The position numbers and the translations under genes were made by a program. A DNA stretch of 64,000 nucleotides from Heterodontus francisci (Eukaryota). The stretch spans positions 26,102,142-26,166,141 of the forward strand of contig NC_090413.1 of the NCBI RefSeq assembly GCF_036365525.1. Direction: 5' to 3'. The notes below the pieces were generated by a model, which made no database searches, had not been told where the DNA came from, and saw only the letters and a program-made list of their open reading frames with translations. Shown here piece after piece: positions 1 to 13,625 of the stretch. The stretch's first letter is position 1. Each line of letters opens with the position of its first letter.

Positions 1-675
1 GGCTACTCCATTGCTGCACCCTAAATCATCAACAGGAGCCAGGCTAATGGATGGGGAGATGGTCAAGGTGGTATTTTCTTCCTATCTCTAAAGGACAATG
101 TTTCACTAGCAGCCAAGGCCGAGAGTACCCAAAGCACAAGAAGCTGGCAACCGTTCGGAATGCTACCATTCTGCCCACGTAGATGGAGAAGAGGGTGAGC
201 TGTGTTGGGAGATAAATGCAGTGGGGCATCTAGAAATTGTAAAAATGTAAGTTTTGTACACCTCACCCTCCTGAAATCCAACGCACATCCGTGTGTTTAA
301 ATGGATTGGTGATCTGCATCACTCTTTTAAATCTTTAAAATCTATCATTTCCCCAATTGTTGGTAAGTCAACCTCTAGATTTTAAAATGAAAAGAAGGGC
401 TTGCATTTATTTCAAACACTTCATAATTCCAGGACATCCCAAAGCACATCACAGCCAATGACATGTAGTCACTGTTGTAACGTAGGAAACAAATTGGGCA
501 CAGCAAGCTCCCACAAAGATTAATGAAATCAATGACCAGATAATCTATTTTAATTGTTGGCTGAGGGTTAAATATTGGCCAGGATTCCAGGGAGAGCTCC
601 CCTGATCTTCTTCGAACAGGGCTGTGCCATCCTTTGCATGAACCTGAAAGGGCAGATGGGGTCTCAGTTTGTTGG

Positions 676-1638
676 GTCGCTTGCTGTTTGTGGTGTATAT
701 TAATGATTTGGACTTAAATGTGGGAGGCCTGATTGGGAAATTTGCTGATGACAACAAAAATTGGCCGTGTAGTTAATAGTGAAGGGGAGAGTCGTGGACT
801 CCAGAATGATATCAATGGTTTGGTTGAGTGGGCGGAAAAGTGGCAAATGGAATTCAATCCAGAGAAGTGTGGGGTATTGCATTTGGGGAGGGCAAATAAA
901 GCGAGGGAACATACAATAAATGGGAGGATATTGAGAGGGGTAGAAGAAGTGAGAGACCTTGGAGTGCATGTCCACAGGTCCCTGAAGGTGGCGGGACAGG
1001 TGGATAGAGTGGTGAAGAAGGCATATGGAATGCTTTCCTTTATTGGCCGAGGTATAGAGTACAAAAGTGGGGATGTAATGCTGGAACTGTATAAAACGCT
1101 GGTTAGGCCACAGCTGGAGTATTGCGTACAGTTCTGGTCACCACATTACAGGAAGGACATAATTGCTCTGGAGAGAGTACAGAGGAGATTTACAAGAATG
1201 TTGCCGGGGCTTGAGGGTTGCAGCTATGAGGAATGATTGGATAGGTTGAGGTTGTTTTCCCTGGAATTGAGGAGGCTGAGGGGTGACTTGATTGAGGTGT
1301 ACAACATTATGAGGGGCCTAGATAGAGTGGACAGGGGAGGTCTGTTACCAGGGGACATAGATTTAAGGTGATTGGTAGAAGGATTAGAGGGGACATGAGG
1401 AGAAACTTTTTCACCCAGAGGGTGGTGGCTGTCTGGAATTCACTGCCAGGATCAGTGGTGGAGGCAGAAACCCTCAGTTCTTTTTAAAAGGTACCTGGAC
1501 ATGAACCTAAGGTGTTGTAACCTGCGGGATTATAGACCAGGTGCTGGAAGGTGGGATTAGTTTGGGTGGATAGCTTATTCGGCTGGGACAGACACCATGG
1601 GCTGAATAGCCTCTGTGCTGTATTTTGTTCTATGTTCT
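676..1638 (+). mobile_element. 5'-truncated CR1/HER1-type LINE
   Basis: RT C-terminus ORF 733-1236 (WAEKWQMEFN..LVRPQLEYCVQFWSP), frameshifted; CR1-type 3' tail. Confidence 0.9.
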
Positions 1639-3434
1639 ACCTCATTTGTGACACTGTACGTATGACAGTGCAGCACTCGGAATGCCAGCCTGGATTTTTT
1701 GCTCAAATCTCTACAGTAGAACTTGAGCCCATGAACGTCTGACCCTGAGGCAAAAATGGTACCCACTAAGCTACAGCTGACACTTGCACTACACCGTGCC
1801 ACTGTCCACATAGTATCAAAGTGGGGAAATACTTTGCGTATTGTATGCATATTATGTATGACATTCCACATCATCTCTACAGGAATCATTGGTCGTTCAG
1901 ATGTTATTTCCATGTCTGTAACAATCTTCAAATCAATATTCTTCCATCCATGACCAGGAAGGAATTTAACCACCCTATGTCACTTCCTCCACCTACCATA
2001 AATTGTGGTTTGTGGAAACACATTCAAATGATATTGTTGTTATTCATTTACTCCCATGAAACGACAGAATACAAAACCAGATAATACTGAGGTGTGAATT
2101 ACATGCCAGTATTGTCACACAGCAACAGTTCCTTCAGTACAACTGTGTTAGGGTTGGATTTGGTGTGACATCATCTTTGGCATTCTGCATCCTCGTTGCA
2201 TCGAAATTAAGACTGGTCATGCCATCTCTCACTCAAACTCATTCCAAACTATGGGAACTCCTCAAATCCCTCAATCTTCAATTATCCCTACAGTCAACAA
2301 CTTCTAAGACTTAAATCATCTAATTATTTACCTCATTTTAACATTCGCTCTTTTTAACCGTGTTGCTGTCTTGCAGTTTGGTCCCTTTTGTCCCTTCGAA
2401 AGGGACAAAGCCCTGTGCATGATGAGATACAGAGTCCTGTACTTTAAGCCTTGCCTGTGTTTTAATGAGATTCAGAGCCCTGTTACACAATGCCTTTGAC
2501 TATGAGGAAGTAGTATACTGTTTTGTAAGCAGAACAATTAGGCTTTTATTAAGTATAAAATAGTTTGGTTCAGATGTTTATGCTTTCTATCTGCCGCTCA
2601 GTGGGTGTTGTAGTGGCACTGACCATTTGTTCTGCTATCCGAGAGACTTCTACACAAAATGTTCACTCCCTGGCCAAGACACCTCTTGGCCTCACTAAGA
2701 CAAAGTAACAAACAGCAGCTGAGAGGCAGAGATGAACATGCAGTTAGCATTCTTATGCCTTGTTAATTTCCTGCCTTAAAGCAAACCAGCCTAATTCCAC
2801 TCTCTCTCTCTCCACAGCTTCAAAGGTCATCCAATTTTTCCTTTAAAGAAGGATAGGTCTTGACCTCCCCTGAATCTCCTAGTGACAATGTTAAATTAAA
2901 CACAATGTCTCTCTCTCCTCAACCAGAGTCTTCCCCCGTTTACTCCAACAGTGCCCTTTTGTAATTTAAAGAAAATGCTACGAAATCCCCTCTTAGCCTT
3001 CTCTGCTTCATTGCAATCAGCCCCAGTATCTCAAGACGCTGCTTATGATAGCTTCCCATCTTTGGCATCATTCTGGTGAAGTCCATTTGGCTCTGTAAAT
3101 GTGTGTTGTACCAGCAAACTGTCCCATCACCTCAGTGTGTAATCAACCCTCCTTTTCTGAGAGTCAGATCATTCAGAAGTTGTAACTGTTGTAGGATGAG
3201 GGAAGGGGAATCATTAACACAAGCTCTTAGCCCAGTCAGCAGTCACCTTATCAGATGAATATTAAGAAGACAATTAAGGTTTGATTCACTAAATTCTCCC
3301 ATCCAGCTATCCCCCAACTCAATTTTTTTCTCAAGTCTTACTGTGAACTCCTCCAATAGCCTGGAGAATGAAGACACTTTTCTAATCCTGATTAAGCCAC
3401 ACAATTCACAGGGTCCAAGTTTCAAATCCCCAGT

Positions 3435-3862
3435 CAACCAAACCTCTGCTACCTATATCCTAACTCGCTCCAAGTCCCGTGCACCCATTGCCCCTGTGCT
3501 TGTTGACTTGCCACATTGGATCCTGGTCCGGCAACGCCTCAATTTTAAATCCTCATCCCCGTTTTCAAATCCCTCCATGGCCTCGCCCCCTCCCTATCTC
3601 TGTAATCCCCTCCATCCCTAATCCGATTCTGGCCTCATGAGTATCCCTGATTTTAATCGCTGCATCATTGGAGTGCCTTCAGCTACATAGGTCCTAAGTT
3701 CTGGAATTCCTCCTTAAACCTCTCCAACTTTCTCTCCTCCTTTAAGTCTCTCCTTAAAACCTCCTATGTGGCTCGGTGTCAAATTTTGTTTGATTACGCC
3801 CTCATAAAGCTCTTTGGGATGTTTTACTCTGTTAAAGGCGCTATATAAATGCAAGTTGTTCT
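3435..3862 (+). mobile_element. L2-type LINE 3' fragment (representative copy)
   Basis: Degenerate coding remnant plus tail ggcgctatataaatgcaagttg. Similar copies at about 13330-13530, 38580-38985 and 60020-60760, and on the minus strand at 15615-15900 and 27615-27830. Confidence 0.65.
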
Positions 3863-5214
3863 TGTCTGTGTTCTCAGTCAGGGAGTGGCTGGCGGGGGGG
3901 GGGGGGAACTATAATTAGTCTCAACTGCCCCAAGCCAGGAAAATTAAAAAGAGAAATCTACCAGAGTTGCTGCTTCTGATATTTGTCCAGAAAGCGCACA
4001 TGCGAGACCAGGACAGGGCACGTTGGTGATGGCTACTGCAGTGGAATACCCTGCTGTCTGGGCTTGCGCGTGAAGAATGGCCATTTTGGGGAGATAGTCA
4101 GGACATTCGGGGGAAGAAATGGGGAGAAGGTCAGACAAAAATAAAATCTTCAGTGGGGACAGACGTTGGAGAAACATAATGATGGATAAAGCAGCTGATT
4201 AAGTGAGATCACAGGCCCACTCCCACCTCACCTTATCTGAATTGAAATGGAAGCTACAGACACGGTCAGTCAGACCGTCCATACAAAGAAAAGGGGTAAA
4301 TCACATCACAGAAAATATCACGTCAGTGGACAATCACCCGTTACCCTCCCCATTTCAATCAGACTAAAACGTTGACTCCAGTTGGGCTATAGTTTCCTCA
4401 GTCACACACTACCCTACGGGACGGACGCCAGCTTTTACCATACAGTGATGAGTGAACTATCTCACTTGTGGACTACCTGCAGAGCTCAGGCAATGAGATC
4501 CGATTTGGTCTTTCTATCCTTAGCCCTATGGCACTGAGGTCAATTGGAGCACTCCTAACAACCCCCCAGCTGTAATCAGGCACTCAAAGGGTTAAGTTAT
4601 GAGCACAGGTTGGTTAGATTAGGCTTGCGTACCCTTGAGTAAAGTTGATTAAGGGGTGATCTAATTGAGGTGTTTAAGATGGCTAAAAGATTTGACAGGG
4701 CAGATAGAGAGAAACTGTTTACTCTGGTGGGGGCAAAACCTTAAAATTAGAGCCAGGCTGTTCAAGGGAGATGTCAGGAAGCACTTCTTCATACAGAGGG
4801 AAGTGGGAATCTGCAACTCTCTCCCTTCATAAAGATATTGAGGCGGTGGGGGGGGTGCGGTCAACTGAAAATTTCTAAAATAAGATGAATAAATTTTGGT
4901 TGGGCAAGGGTATGAAGGGTTACGGAACAAAGGCAGTCATGATCTAACTGAAAGGCAGAACAGGCTGGAGGGGCTGAATGGCCCCTGCTTGTTCCTATGA
5001 TCAGTTATCTCAGTGCAAACCAGGGACTGAAATCGGGACTCTGCTGATCGTAACTACTCATTGAGACAAACTCTCTGAGCCATTTGGGAGGGTGGGTGGG
5101 TGAGGTGAGGCAGAATATTTCAATACCTATTTCACTGATGTTCACTATTACTTAACCAATATTCACCAGGCTGGACACGGCTACAGGAGAGGTGATAGAA
5201 ACATTTGCACTTAC

Positions 5215-5418
5215 CTGAGACATCTGAGGTCGCAGGTTGATCTCCTTAAGGTTGATAGAGTGTGGTCGGAGATTGTTGAGAAGCTGACAGAGGAGAACGC
5301 CATCTCGCAGAGCCCAGGCTAAGTCACAGACCTGAGCATTGTCCCAAGTCACTCTGTGATTAGGGGGCAACACTTTACAGTCAATCAGCCAGTTGGCACA
5401 TTGTCTCCAATGCTCCAT
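5215..5418 (-). CDS. vav1: VAV-family guanine nucleotide exchange factor, coding exon 1 (start of CH domain); most likely VAV1
   Basis: ATG at 5418 gives [68 protein letters not shown], then donor CAG|GTAAGT. 204 nt, matching the known VAV exon 1 boundary (..RPQMSQ|). QVC resembles VAV1, but VAV3 is not excluded. The rest of the gene lies left of the window. Confidence 0.85.
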
Positions 5419-5580
5419 CTCCCAACACTGTCCCACAATCAGCCACAAAGTGTGCGAGTTTCAGAAAAAAGAGAACAGGACAAAATTAAGTTGAAACACA
5501 AAAGCCCCTGCCACCTGTTCACTGCATTTCCCGTCTTGACTGTTTCCTCCAGAGAGCAGCTTGTTTCTAAACCACTGGCT

Positions 5581-5591
5581 CCTTCCTCTTT
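5581..5591 (-). promoter_or_regulatory. PU.1/ETS-like box about 160 bp upstream of the VAV ATG
   Basis: The minus strand reads AAAGAGGAAGG (PU.1 consensus AAAGAGGAAGTG), consistent with a haematopoietic VAV1 promoter. Confidence 0.4.
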
Positions 5592-6079
5592 CAAGCTGTT
5601 AATAAAAGCCTCACTTACAGAGCTTAAAGCACTCTGGGAGTCGTAGTCCATACAACACGAGCTAGACTTCAAGTCCCAGAGAACTTTGCAGCTAACCAGG
5701 CTGATTCATTTGAAACAGTATCGGGCTAACTATTTATATTACAAGAGGCTGTTTCTATTTGGCTTCAAGCCTTCCTATGTAATTTAGTTTCCCAGAACCA
5801 TCCCATTCACTTCTCCCTCCCACAGAACTGAAACAGCCTTAACCAAAGAACAAATAACACCCTCTGTGACTCTGATTGGGTTGCCAACTCTCCAGAATTG
5901 CCCTGGAGTCTCCAGGAATTAAAGATTAATCTCCAGAACACTGCTGCGAGCAAACCCAGGAGAAAAAGCCATAGGCGATGTAAAAAAATTATGTCTTTTT
6001 TTAAGCTGGGGTTGTTCTCTTTAAAGAAGAGAAGGTTGAGAAGAGAGTTGACAAAGGTATTTGAATCACGAGGGGGCGA

Positions 6080-7461
6080 GACATTGTAGATACAACACTG
6101 GCATCTACCCTGCAGTGTGGAAAATTGCCCAGGCATGTCCTGTACACAAAAAGCAGGACAGGTCCAACCCGGCCAATTACCGCCCCATCAGTCTACTCTC
6201 AATCATCAGTAAAGTGATGGAAGGTGTCATCAATAGTGCCAAAAAGCAGCACTTGCTTAGCAATAACCTGCTCAGTGATGCTCAGTTTGGGTTCCACCAG
6301 GGCTACTCAGCTCCTGACCTCATTACAGCCTTGGTTCAAACATGGACAAAAGAGCTGAACTCAAGAGGTGAGGTGAGAGTGACTGCCCTTGACATCAAGG
6401 CAGCATTTGACCGAGTATGGCATCAAGGAGCCCTAGCAAAACTGAAGTCAATGGGAATCAGGGGGAAAACTCTCCGCTGGTTGGAGTCATACCTAGCGCA
6501 AAGGAAGATGGCTGTGGTTGTTGGAGGTCAATCATCTGAGCTCCAGGACATCACTACAGGAGTTCCTCAGGGTAGTGTCCTAGGCCCCAACCATCTTCAG
6601 CTGCTTCATCAATGACCTTCCTTCAATCATAAGGTCAGAAGTGGGGATGTTTGCTGATTGCACAACGTTCAGCACTATTCGCGACTCCTCAAACAGTGAA
6701 ACAGTCTGTGTAGAAATGCAGCAAGACCTGGACAATATCCAGGCTTGGGCTGATAAGTGGCAAGTAACATTTGCGCCACACAAGTGCCAGGCAATGACCA
6801 TCTCCAACAAGAGAGAATCTAACCATCTCCCCATGACATTCAATGGCATTACCATCGCTGAATCCCCCACTATCAACATCCTAGGGGCTACCATTGACCA
6901 GAAACTGAACTGGAGTAGCCATATAAACACCGTGGCTATAAGAGCAGGTCAGAGGCTAGGAATCCTGCGGCGAGTAACTCACCTCCTGACTCCCCAAAGC
7001 CTGTCCACCATCTACAAGGCACAAGTCAGGAATGTGATGGAATACTCTCCACTTGCCTGGATGGGTACAGCCCGAACAACACTCAAGAAGCTCGACTCCA
7101 TCCAGAACATAGCAGCCCATTTGATTGGCACACCATCCACAAACATTCACTCCCTCCACCACCAACACACAGTGGCAGCAGTGTGTACCATCTACAAGAT
7201 GCACTGCAGCAACGCACCAAGACTCCTTAGACAGCACCTTCCAAACCCGCGATGTCTACCAACTTGAAGGACAAGAGCAGCAGATGCATGGGAACATCAC
7301 CACCTGCAAGTTCCCCTCCAAGTCACACACCATCCTGTTTTGGAACTTCACTGTCACTGGGTCAAAATCCTGGAACTCCCTTCCTAACAGCACTGTGGGT
7401 GTACCTACCTCACATGGACTGCAGCGGTTCAAGAAGGCAGCTCACCACCACCTTCTCAAGG
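6080..7461 (+). mobile_element. CR1-group LINE fragment of a different family, nested in a CR1 3' fragment (about 6004-7800)
   Basis: RT ORFs 6061-6615 and 6641-7267 (NYRPISLLS, GVPQGSVLGP, FAD), ending in cagctcaccaccaccttctcaagg. Flanked on both sides by contiguous CR1 3'-end sequence. Short 3' fragments of the same family at about 25360-25470, 51750-52090 and 61020-61240. Confidence 0.8.
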
Positions 7462-8831
7462 GAAAGATACTCTTCCCATTGGCGGAAGGGTTGAGAACCA
7501 GTGGACACTGATTTAAGGTGATTGGCAAAAGAACCAATGGCTACATGAGGAAAAACTTTACTTGGTGAGTGGTTAGGATCTTGAATGCGCTGCCTGAGAA
7601 TGTGGTGGAGGCAGATTCAATCATGGCTTTCAAAAAGAGAATTGGATAATTATCTGAAGAGAAAAGATTTGCAGGGCTGTGGGGAAAAGGCAGGGGTGGG
7701 GTGTTAGTGTGGGACTGGCTGAGTTGCTCTTGCCAAGAGCAGGCATGAACATGATGGGCCGAATGGCCTCGTTCAGTGCTGTAACCATTCTGTGATTCTA
7801 TAATGATCCAGCCCCTCGCTATACTATGGCAGAGGGCCTCAAACCATGCCCTTTCCCCGCTAAGCCTTTGCGGCAGCTGTCCCAAGCTTTAGTGTGTCCC
7901 TCGGCACGTCGTCCCGGGCCTCGGAATGGGCCAGTCTGCAACACACGGCTGTGGTCAACTCTTTGCACTGGAAGACCAGCAAGTTTCGGGCCGACCAAAG
8001 AGTGTCTTCCAAACCCCTTTCTCATTCTATACACGGCTCTTCGGCAATATCACAGTCAATGATGTTACAAAAGCCAGCTGGTCACTTTAACTGATCCTGC
8101 TTTTTATTTTAAACTTAATGCAAATTCTCAAATTTCTGTGGTGGGATTCTATCAGATGATTAATCCAGACCTCTGGATTACAAGATCAGCCACATAACCA
8201 TCGCTCTACCCTACTCTGTAAATGTAAATGAAAGTCTCCCTCTCTCCCTCTCTCTCGATTGTGTACTATGCAGCCCCCTCTCGTGGTACATTGAGGCACA
8301 TCAACACAAAATAAAAGTTACCAACCACTGTACTTCACAACTTTAGCTGCTCTTAAAGAAACATCGCACGTTTGTTATTTTTGTCTTCGATTATGGTGGG
8401 TATTATTGCTTTGCAAAAAGTAATCTTGAAATAAACTTTGTCAGAAAACCTCCAGTGCAGTACTGAGTGAAGGGTCGAGAGAGAAGTGATCGTGAGGTAG
8501 AGCCGGGTGTCATCAGCGAACTGACGCTGTGCTTTCAGATGATGTTGCCAAGGGATGAGAAATAGGAGTGGGGGCCAAGATCCTTGGTGGAAAATCAGAG
8601 GTAACAGTGCAGAAACAGAAAGAGAAGCCATTGCTGGTGATTCACTGGCCACGGTGAGATAGTTATGGATGATGGTGGAGAGGGGTCGGAGGACGATGGT
8701 GTGGTGAACTGTGTCAAAAAAGCTGCAGACAGGTTAGGAAGGACGAGGGGGGGAAATGTATCTTTGTCACTGTCACACAGGATAATTATTCTGAAAGCCT
8801 GATGCAGGGAAACCAAAGGGTGTGCTCTGTA

Positions 8832-8845
8832 CTGCCATCTAGAGG
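8832..8845 (-). promoter_or_regulatory. CTCF-like motif between the divergent VAV and GCLM-like genes
   Basis: The minus strand reads CCTCTAGATGGCAG, close to the CTCF core CCASYAGRKGGCRS. Confidence 0.45.
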
Positions 8846-9919
8846 GGTGTTTGCACTTTATAGCAAGATTTATTCAGAAGGAAACAGTCGCAGGTCTGCT
8901 GATGTATCAGTTGTGCGATCGGCTCAGTTGTATTATGGGCTCTGCTAAAAGACAGCAGCCAAAACTTCACCATTTTACACACCTGCTACATCCTGTTCCT
9001 TCTTCACCAACAGGAGTCAAAAAACAAAGCTTAGAGAATTATTAATAACAGGAAACGTTAAATTCCCTCGTGGGATTTAAGGAAGTCTTAGCAAAAACTT
9101 GCATTTCTATAGCCTCTTTAATGTAGTAAGATGTCCCAATGGGCTTCACAAGAAAGGTATCAGATTTAAAAATTGACACAGAGCTGAAGAAGGAGATAGC
9201 TGACCAAAATCTTAGCCTGAAAAGTGGGTTTTAAAGAGTGTTAAAAGAGTAGAAAGAGAGAGGTTTATTAAGGGAAGTCCAGGCTCCATGTCAAATTTTG
9301 CATTATTATGTTCCTGTGAAGTGTTTCGCGATATATTATTACATTAAAGGCGCTATATAAATGCAAGTTGTTGTTGTGTGAGCAAGATGAATTCTTCACT
9401 ATGACAATGGCCTCAGGAACTAAGGTTAAAAATTAACAGGCAAGCAGTCAGACGAGAACTCTGCCAGCCAAATGGTTATAGAGTTGTAGACTATGTTACG
9501 AGGCAAGGTGATTGAGGCAGATAGTATAAATGGGGTTAAGATACAATGATTTGTGGCAGATTTTGTGTCGCAAGTGTCCCAAAACAGCCACACAGAAGAG
9601 AGCTGGGTACTGAATGATGGAAGAGTTGCAGGATTTGACCGAAAGCATGGTCACAAAGAGGAAGCTTTTCAAGAAAGAACTTGCATTTACATAGCGCCTT
9701 TCTCAGCCTCAGGACATCCCAAAGCGCTTTACAGCCAGTGAAGTACTGCTTAAAGTTCAGCCACTGTTGTAATGTAGGAAACCCAGGAGTCAATTTGCGC
9801 ACAGCAAGCTCCCTCAAACAGCAATGAATAGATAACATGTTTTAGTGAGGTTGGTTGAGGGATAAATGTTGTCCAGGACACTTGGGAGAACTCCTCCCAC
9901 TCTTAGGTTTTAGCTGTTG

Positions 9920-10285
9920 ATCAGTGGTTAGTACTCTTGCCTCTAAGTCAGAAGATTGTAGGTGCAAGTTCCACTCCAGGACTTGAGCATAAAACTCAAA
10001 GCTGACACTGAGGGAGTGCTGCACCATCGGAGGTTCCGTCTTTTGGATGAAACGTTAACCTGGGGCCCTGGTGTCCTGGCCAATATTTATCCCTCAACCA
10101 ACATCACTAAACACAGGCAATTAGGTTGTCACATTATTGCTTGTGGGATCTTGCTGTGCAAATTGGCTGCTACGTTTCCTACATTACAACATTTTAAAGA
10201 TACTTCATGGGCTGTAAAGCGCTTTGGGATATCTTGCAGTCATGAAAAGTGCTACAGAAATGCACGTCCTTCGTTTATTTTCTTC
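9920..10285 (+). mobile_element. DeuSINE/SacSINE1-like SINE (representative copy of a family with more than 10 copies)
   Basis: tRNA-like head plus gtgggatcttgctgtgcaaattggctgc..cctacattacaac..aaagcgctttgggat..aaatgca. Other copies at about 396-670(-), 9665-9900(-), 16330-16665, 18515-18832, 25095-25340, 36580-36795(-), 37210-37565, 43440-43728, 49230-49610 and 50250-50430. Confidence 0.7.
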
Positions 10286-10874
10286 AAAATAGCGTCCTGA
10301 GGTCTTTCGCATCAACCTGAGAGGGCAGATGAAGCCTCGGCTCAACATCGCAGCCAAATGACGGCACCTCGGGCAGTGCCTCGTCACCTCAACAAAGTAG
10401 GAGTTGAACCCATGACCTTCTGACTCAGGCAGCGCTACCCACCCAGCCACGGCTGGCACAGTCAGACATGTCTAGGCTCACGCTTGAAGAATGGGGTCAC
10501 TGTGCAACCTGGCCCCGGTATGGGTCAGCAACTTTCAGAAGAACGAGAACCTTCTAGAAAGTATTCACAGTCTTAAGAAAAGCAGTATCAGAAATAGCAT
10601 GAGTCCGACTTTATCAGGCCTTTATCAGGTAATCTGTAACTCAGTTGTTGAAGCTGCTGAGTGATCAGCCGTGATTATCTAACCTACAGTTCCGAATGGT
10701 AGGCCAAAGACAAAGTCCTAATGTGTGGGGCGAAGTCTAAATTTCTCGGTTCATTGACTTATGTATGGCACAACCGCACCTCAGCAACTCTGCAATATTG
10801 TAAATCTCTCACACATGGGGGGAAAGGCTGGAACTCTGCACAGTCATGCCTTATTAATCCACTGATTGCCCAAC

Positions 10875-10885
10875 ATGAGTCAGCA
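10875..10885 (+). promoter_or_regulatory. ARE/NF-E2 (Nrf2-sMaf)-like element upstream of the GCLM-like ATG
   Basis: ATGAGTCAGCA matches RTGASTCAGCA, about 410 bp before the ATG. A related TGCTGAGTGAT lies at 10655-10665. Confidence 0.45.
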
Positions 10886-11291
10886 CCTATGTGAGGCATT
10901 CAGCTGTCTGTGTCTGCTTAATGTACAGCTCTGGGTGCTGACACAATGACAACATTGGGAATCACTTACACTTCTAGTTTATTCACCGATTGCCCAATGT
11001 TGTGTCCCACCCCTTACATCTCGAGTTGGCTGATTGTTCAGCCCTTAAAAACAATGCTTTCTTCTGATTGGATTCCTTTTTATTTATGCTCACTTGGGTG
11101 CGTCTCAGTGACATCACAGGGCAGGAATTCCCTGTTTATAAATGATTGAAAGCAGCCAACGAACACTGTGGCTGTGTTAGTGTTTGAAGAACTGCGTGAA
11201 AAATAAAGCTGAACTCATTCAGCCAAGAGCTTGGCATTTTTGATTTATTGTCGAGCTCAATATTTTTCAAAAGGACACCCTGGCGACCAGA

Positions 11292-11414
11292 ATGAGTGAT
11301 TTGAAGTCCTGGATGTTTGATCTCAACATGACAAAAACAATCAGCGTGTCCACTGGTAATGTGGTGAAGTGGTGTGCCTCTATGAAGACATGTCCAGTGT
11401 CGACAGATCAAGAG
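11292..11414 (+). CDS. gclm-like: GCLM-like (glutamate-cysteine ligase modifier subunit-like) exon 1
   Basis: MSDLKSWMFDLNMTKTISVSTGNVVKWCASMKTCPVSTDQE|gtagta. Aligns to the GCLM N-terminus (TLHLQTGNLLNWGRLRKKCPSTHSEE). 123 nt, phase 0. Confidence 0.8.
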
Positions 11415-11626
11415 GTAGTATGTTACCTGTGGTCACCATAATGCAAACTGTTGGACCTAGTGTTCTGGAGGGATGAGATTAGATAGGCTGAAGAGTCTTT
11501 TTATTTCATAATTGTCCTTTTTAAATAGAATGTACAGTCATTTAGTGCAAGCAACTGGTGTTTATGTTCTACCTGGCCCTCCTCCCAATCTCACCCTGCC
11601 CTTCTATTCCTTTCCTAGAGTCATAG

Positions 11627-11950
11627 AGAGAGAGAGATACAACACTGAAACAGGACCTTCAGCCACCGAGTCTGTGCCAACCATCAACCACCCATTTATA
11701 CTAATCCTACATTAATCCCATATTCCCTACCATGCCTCAATTCTCCTACCACCTACCTGCACTAGGGGCAATTTACAATGGCCAATTTACCTATCAACCT
11801 GCAAGTCTTTGGCTGTAGGAGGAAACCAGAGCATCCAGTGGAAACCCACGCGGTCACAGGGAGAACTCGCAAACTCCACACAGGCAGTACCCAAAACTGA
11901 ACCCGGGTCACTGGAGCTGAGAGGCTGCGGTGCTAACCACTGCGCCACTC
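11627..11950 (-). mobile_element. HE1-type V-SINE
   Basis: tRNA-like head (gtggcgcagtggttagcac), V-domain (gtgtggagtttgc.agttctccc) and CR1-like tail, all on the minus strand. Confidence 0.85.
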
Positions 11951-13625
11951 GATAAAGCTTTTCCTTAAATGCATCTATGCTAGTCACCTCAACCACTCCC
12001 TGTAGCTGTGAGCTGGGTTGTCCTGTGCTGCAGTGTAGTGGTTATATAACTGGATGAATATATGTCACGGGAGACTAATTAAACTTTAGTTTTGATACTA
12101 ACAAGTGGTGGAGGAATGTTGGAGAGTAAAGGAATGATGTTGAAATTCTTTATGTTTTAGTCAGGATGTCGTTACCAGTGCAGGGTAATTGTATGGTACA
12201 ATGATCGCAAGGTTTTTAATACATTAAATCCAATAAAAATAAATAAAAAATTACTAGATGAGTAATCATGAACTAAACATCCAGAGAACATGAGTTCAAG
12301 TCACATTGTGGCAGATTGAAAATTTGAATTTAGTTTTCCAAAAACTCTAGAAATAAAAATCTGGTTTCAGTGATGATGAAGTTGAAAGGTTGTTGCAGAA
12401 AGTCAAATTGTTCACCAACTTTTTTTAGGGCAGGAAACCTTAACTTGACTCCACACCTATGTGATTGACTCTTAACTGCCCTCTGAAGTGGCCTAGCAAG
12501 CCGCAGTTGTATCAGATGAACAAAAAAATGCCAGCCTTGCCAGTGACTCACTGCAGGGGAATGAATAAATGAGTGAATGAACGATGGTGGGAGATGTTGA
12601 AGTAGCTCTGGGCGTGACAGGCGGGGACCTGAACCATTGCCAAGGAGATTGTATCCTTGTCTCCTCAGCCACAGGTTTGGGCTTGTAGTTCCCCAGATGT
12701 TGGATGGCTGATCTTAAGGTGTGGTTTGCTGCTGACAACCTATTCTTGCACAACTTGCAGCAAAGCTGCCGGATGAATTTTTGTCAGAGAAGGGTAAGAC
12801 AGGCCCAAAGATAGAGCAAAGGTTCAGCTGCTTAAATCTGGTGAATGTGTTGGAGCCACAGGCACAACAGCATGGAGCTGGAGGTTTCTAAAAGATTCAA
12901 CTTTGCAAGAAAGAGGCAGTTATGAGGATGGGATGACTGGAGTTTGGTGCAGTGATAGCTGATATCTGCGACACTTGTTCAACTACAGGGGTGAGAGTTA
13001 GAGTGACATCCCCTGAGGCCACAATGCTCTGACCTGCACTCACTTTGAGTGAGGTTCCCTACTTGGGGTGAGATCAGTAAAACTGCCCCATAGTGTAAAT
13101 GTGTGTGCGTATATGTAGTATATAGTACATGTTCATGCAGAACGTCTGTGTGAATATATTACATAGTCCATCTATATAAATTGAAACTGTGAAATATAGG
13201 TTTGACCATTAGTTCTATGGAATGACCAATTGACATATACTGGGTGGAACCAAGATTTGTGGAATGGCCAAAATATCATCTTGGACTCAGATTCCTCAGC
13301 TATCTTACCCACCTTGTTGTTATCAATCACACCTCTGGAATTCCCTCCCTAAACCTCACTGAGTCTCTACCTCTCTTTCAGACTCTCCTTAAAACCTACC
13401 TCTTTGACCAAGCCTTTGGTCATCTGCCCTAATAACTCCTGATGTGGCTCAGTGTCCAGTTGTGTCTGATAACGCTCCTGTGAAGTAACCTGGGACATTA
13501 AAGGTGCCGTATAAATGCAGGTTGTTGTTGCTACTCTACTGACCCATCTCCCTAGCAGGTAGATGAACTGTTACTTCAGTGCACTAGGGGCCCATTGAAA
13601 TTAAACCCATCTGATTTGTTTTAAG

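Noticed and set aside
10460-10520. LTLEEWGHC peptide resembling GCLM exon 2
   Set aside because: Upstream of exon 1 and in the wrong phase; the real exon 2 is at 13626.
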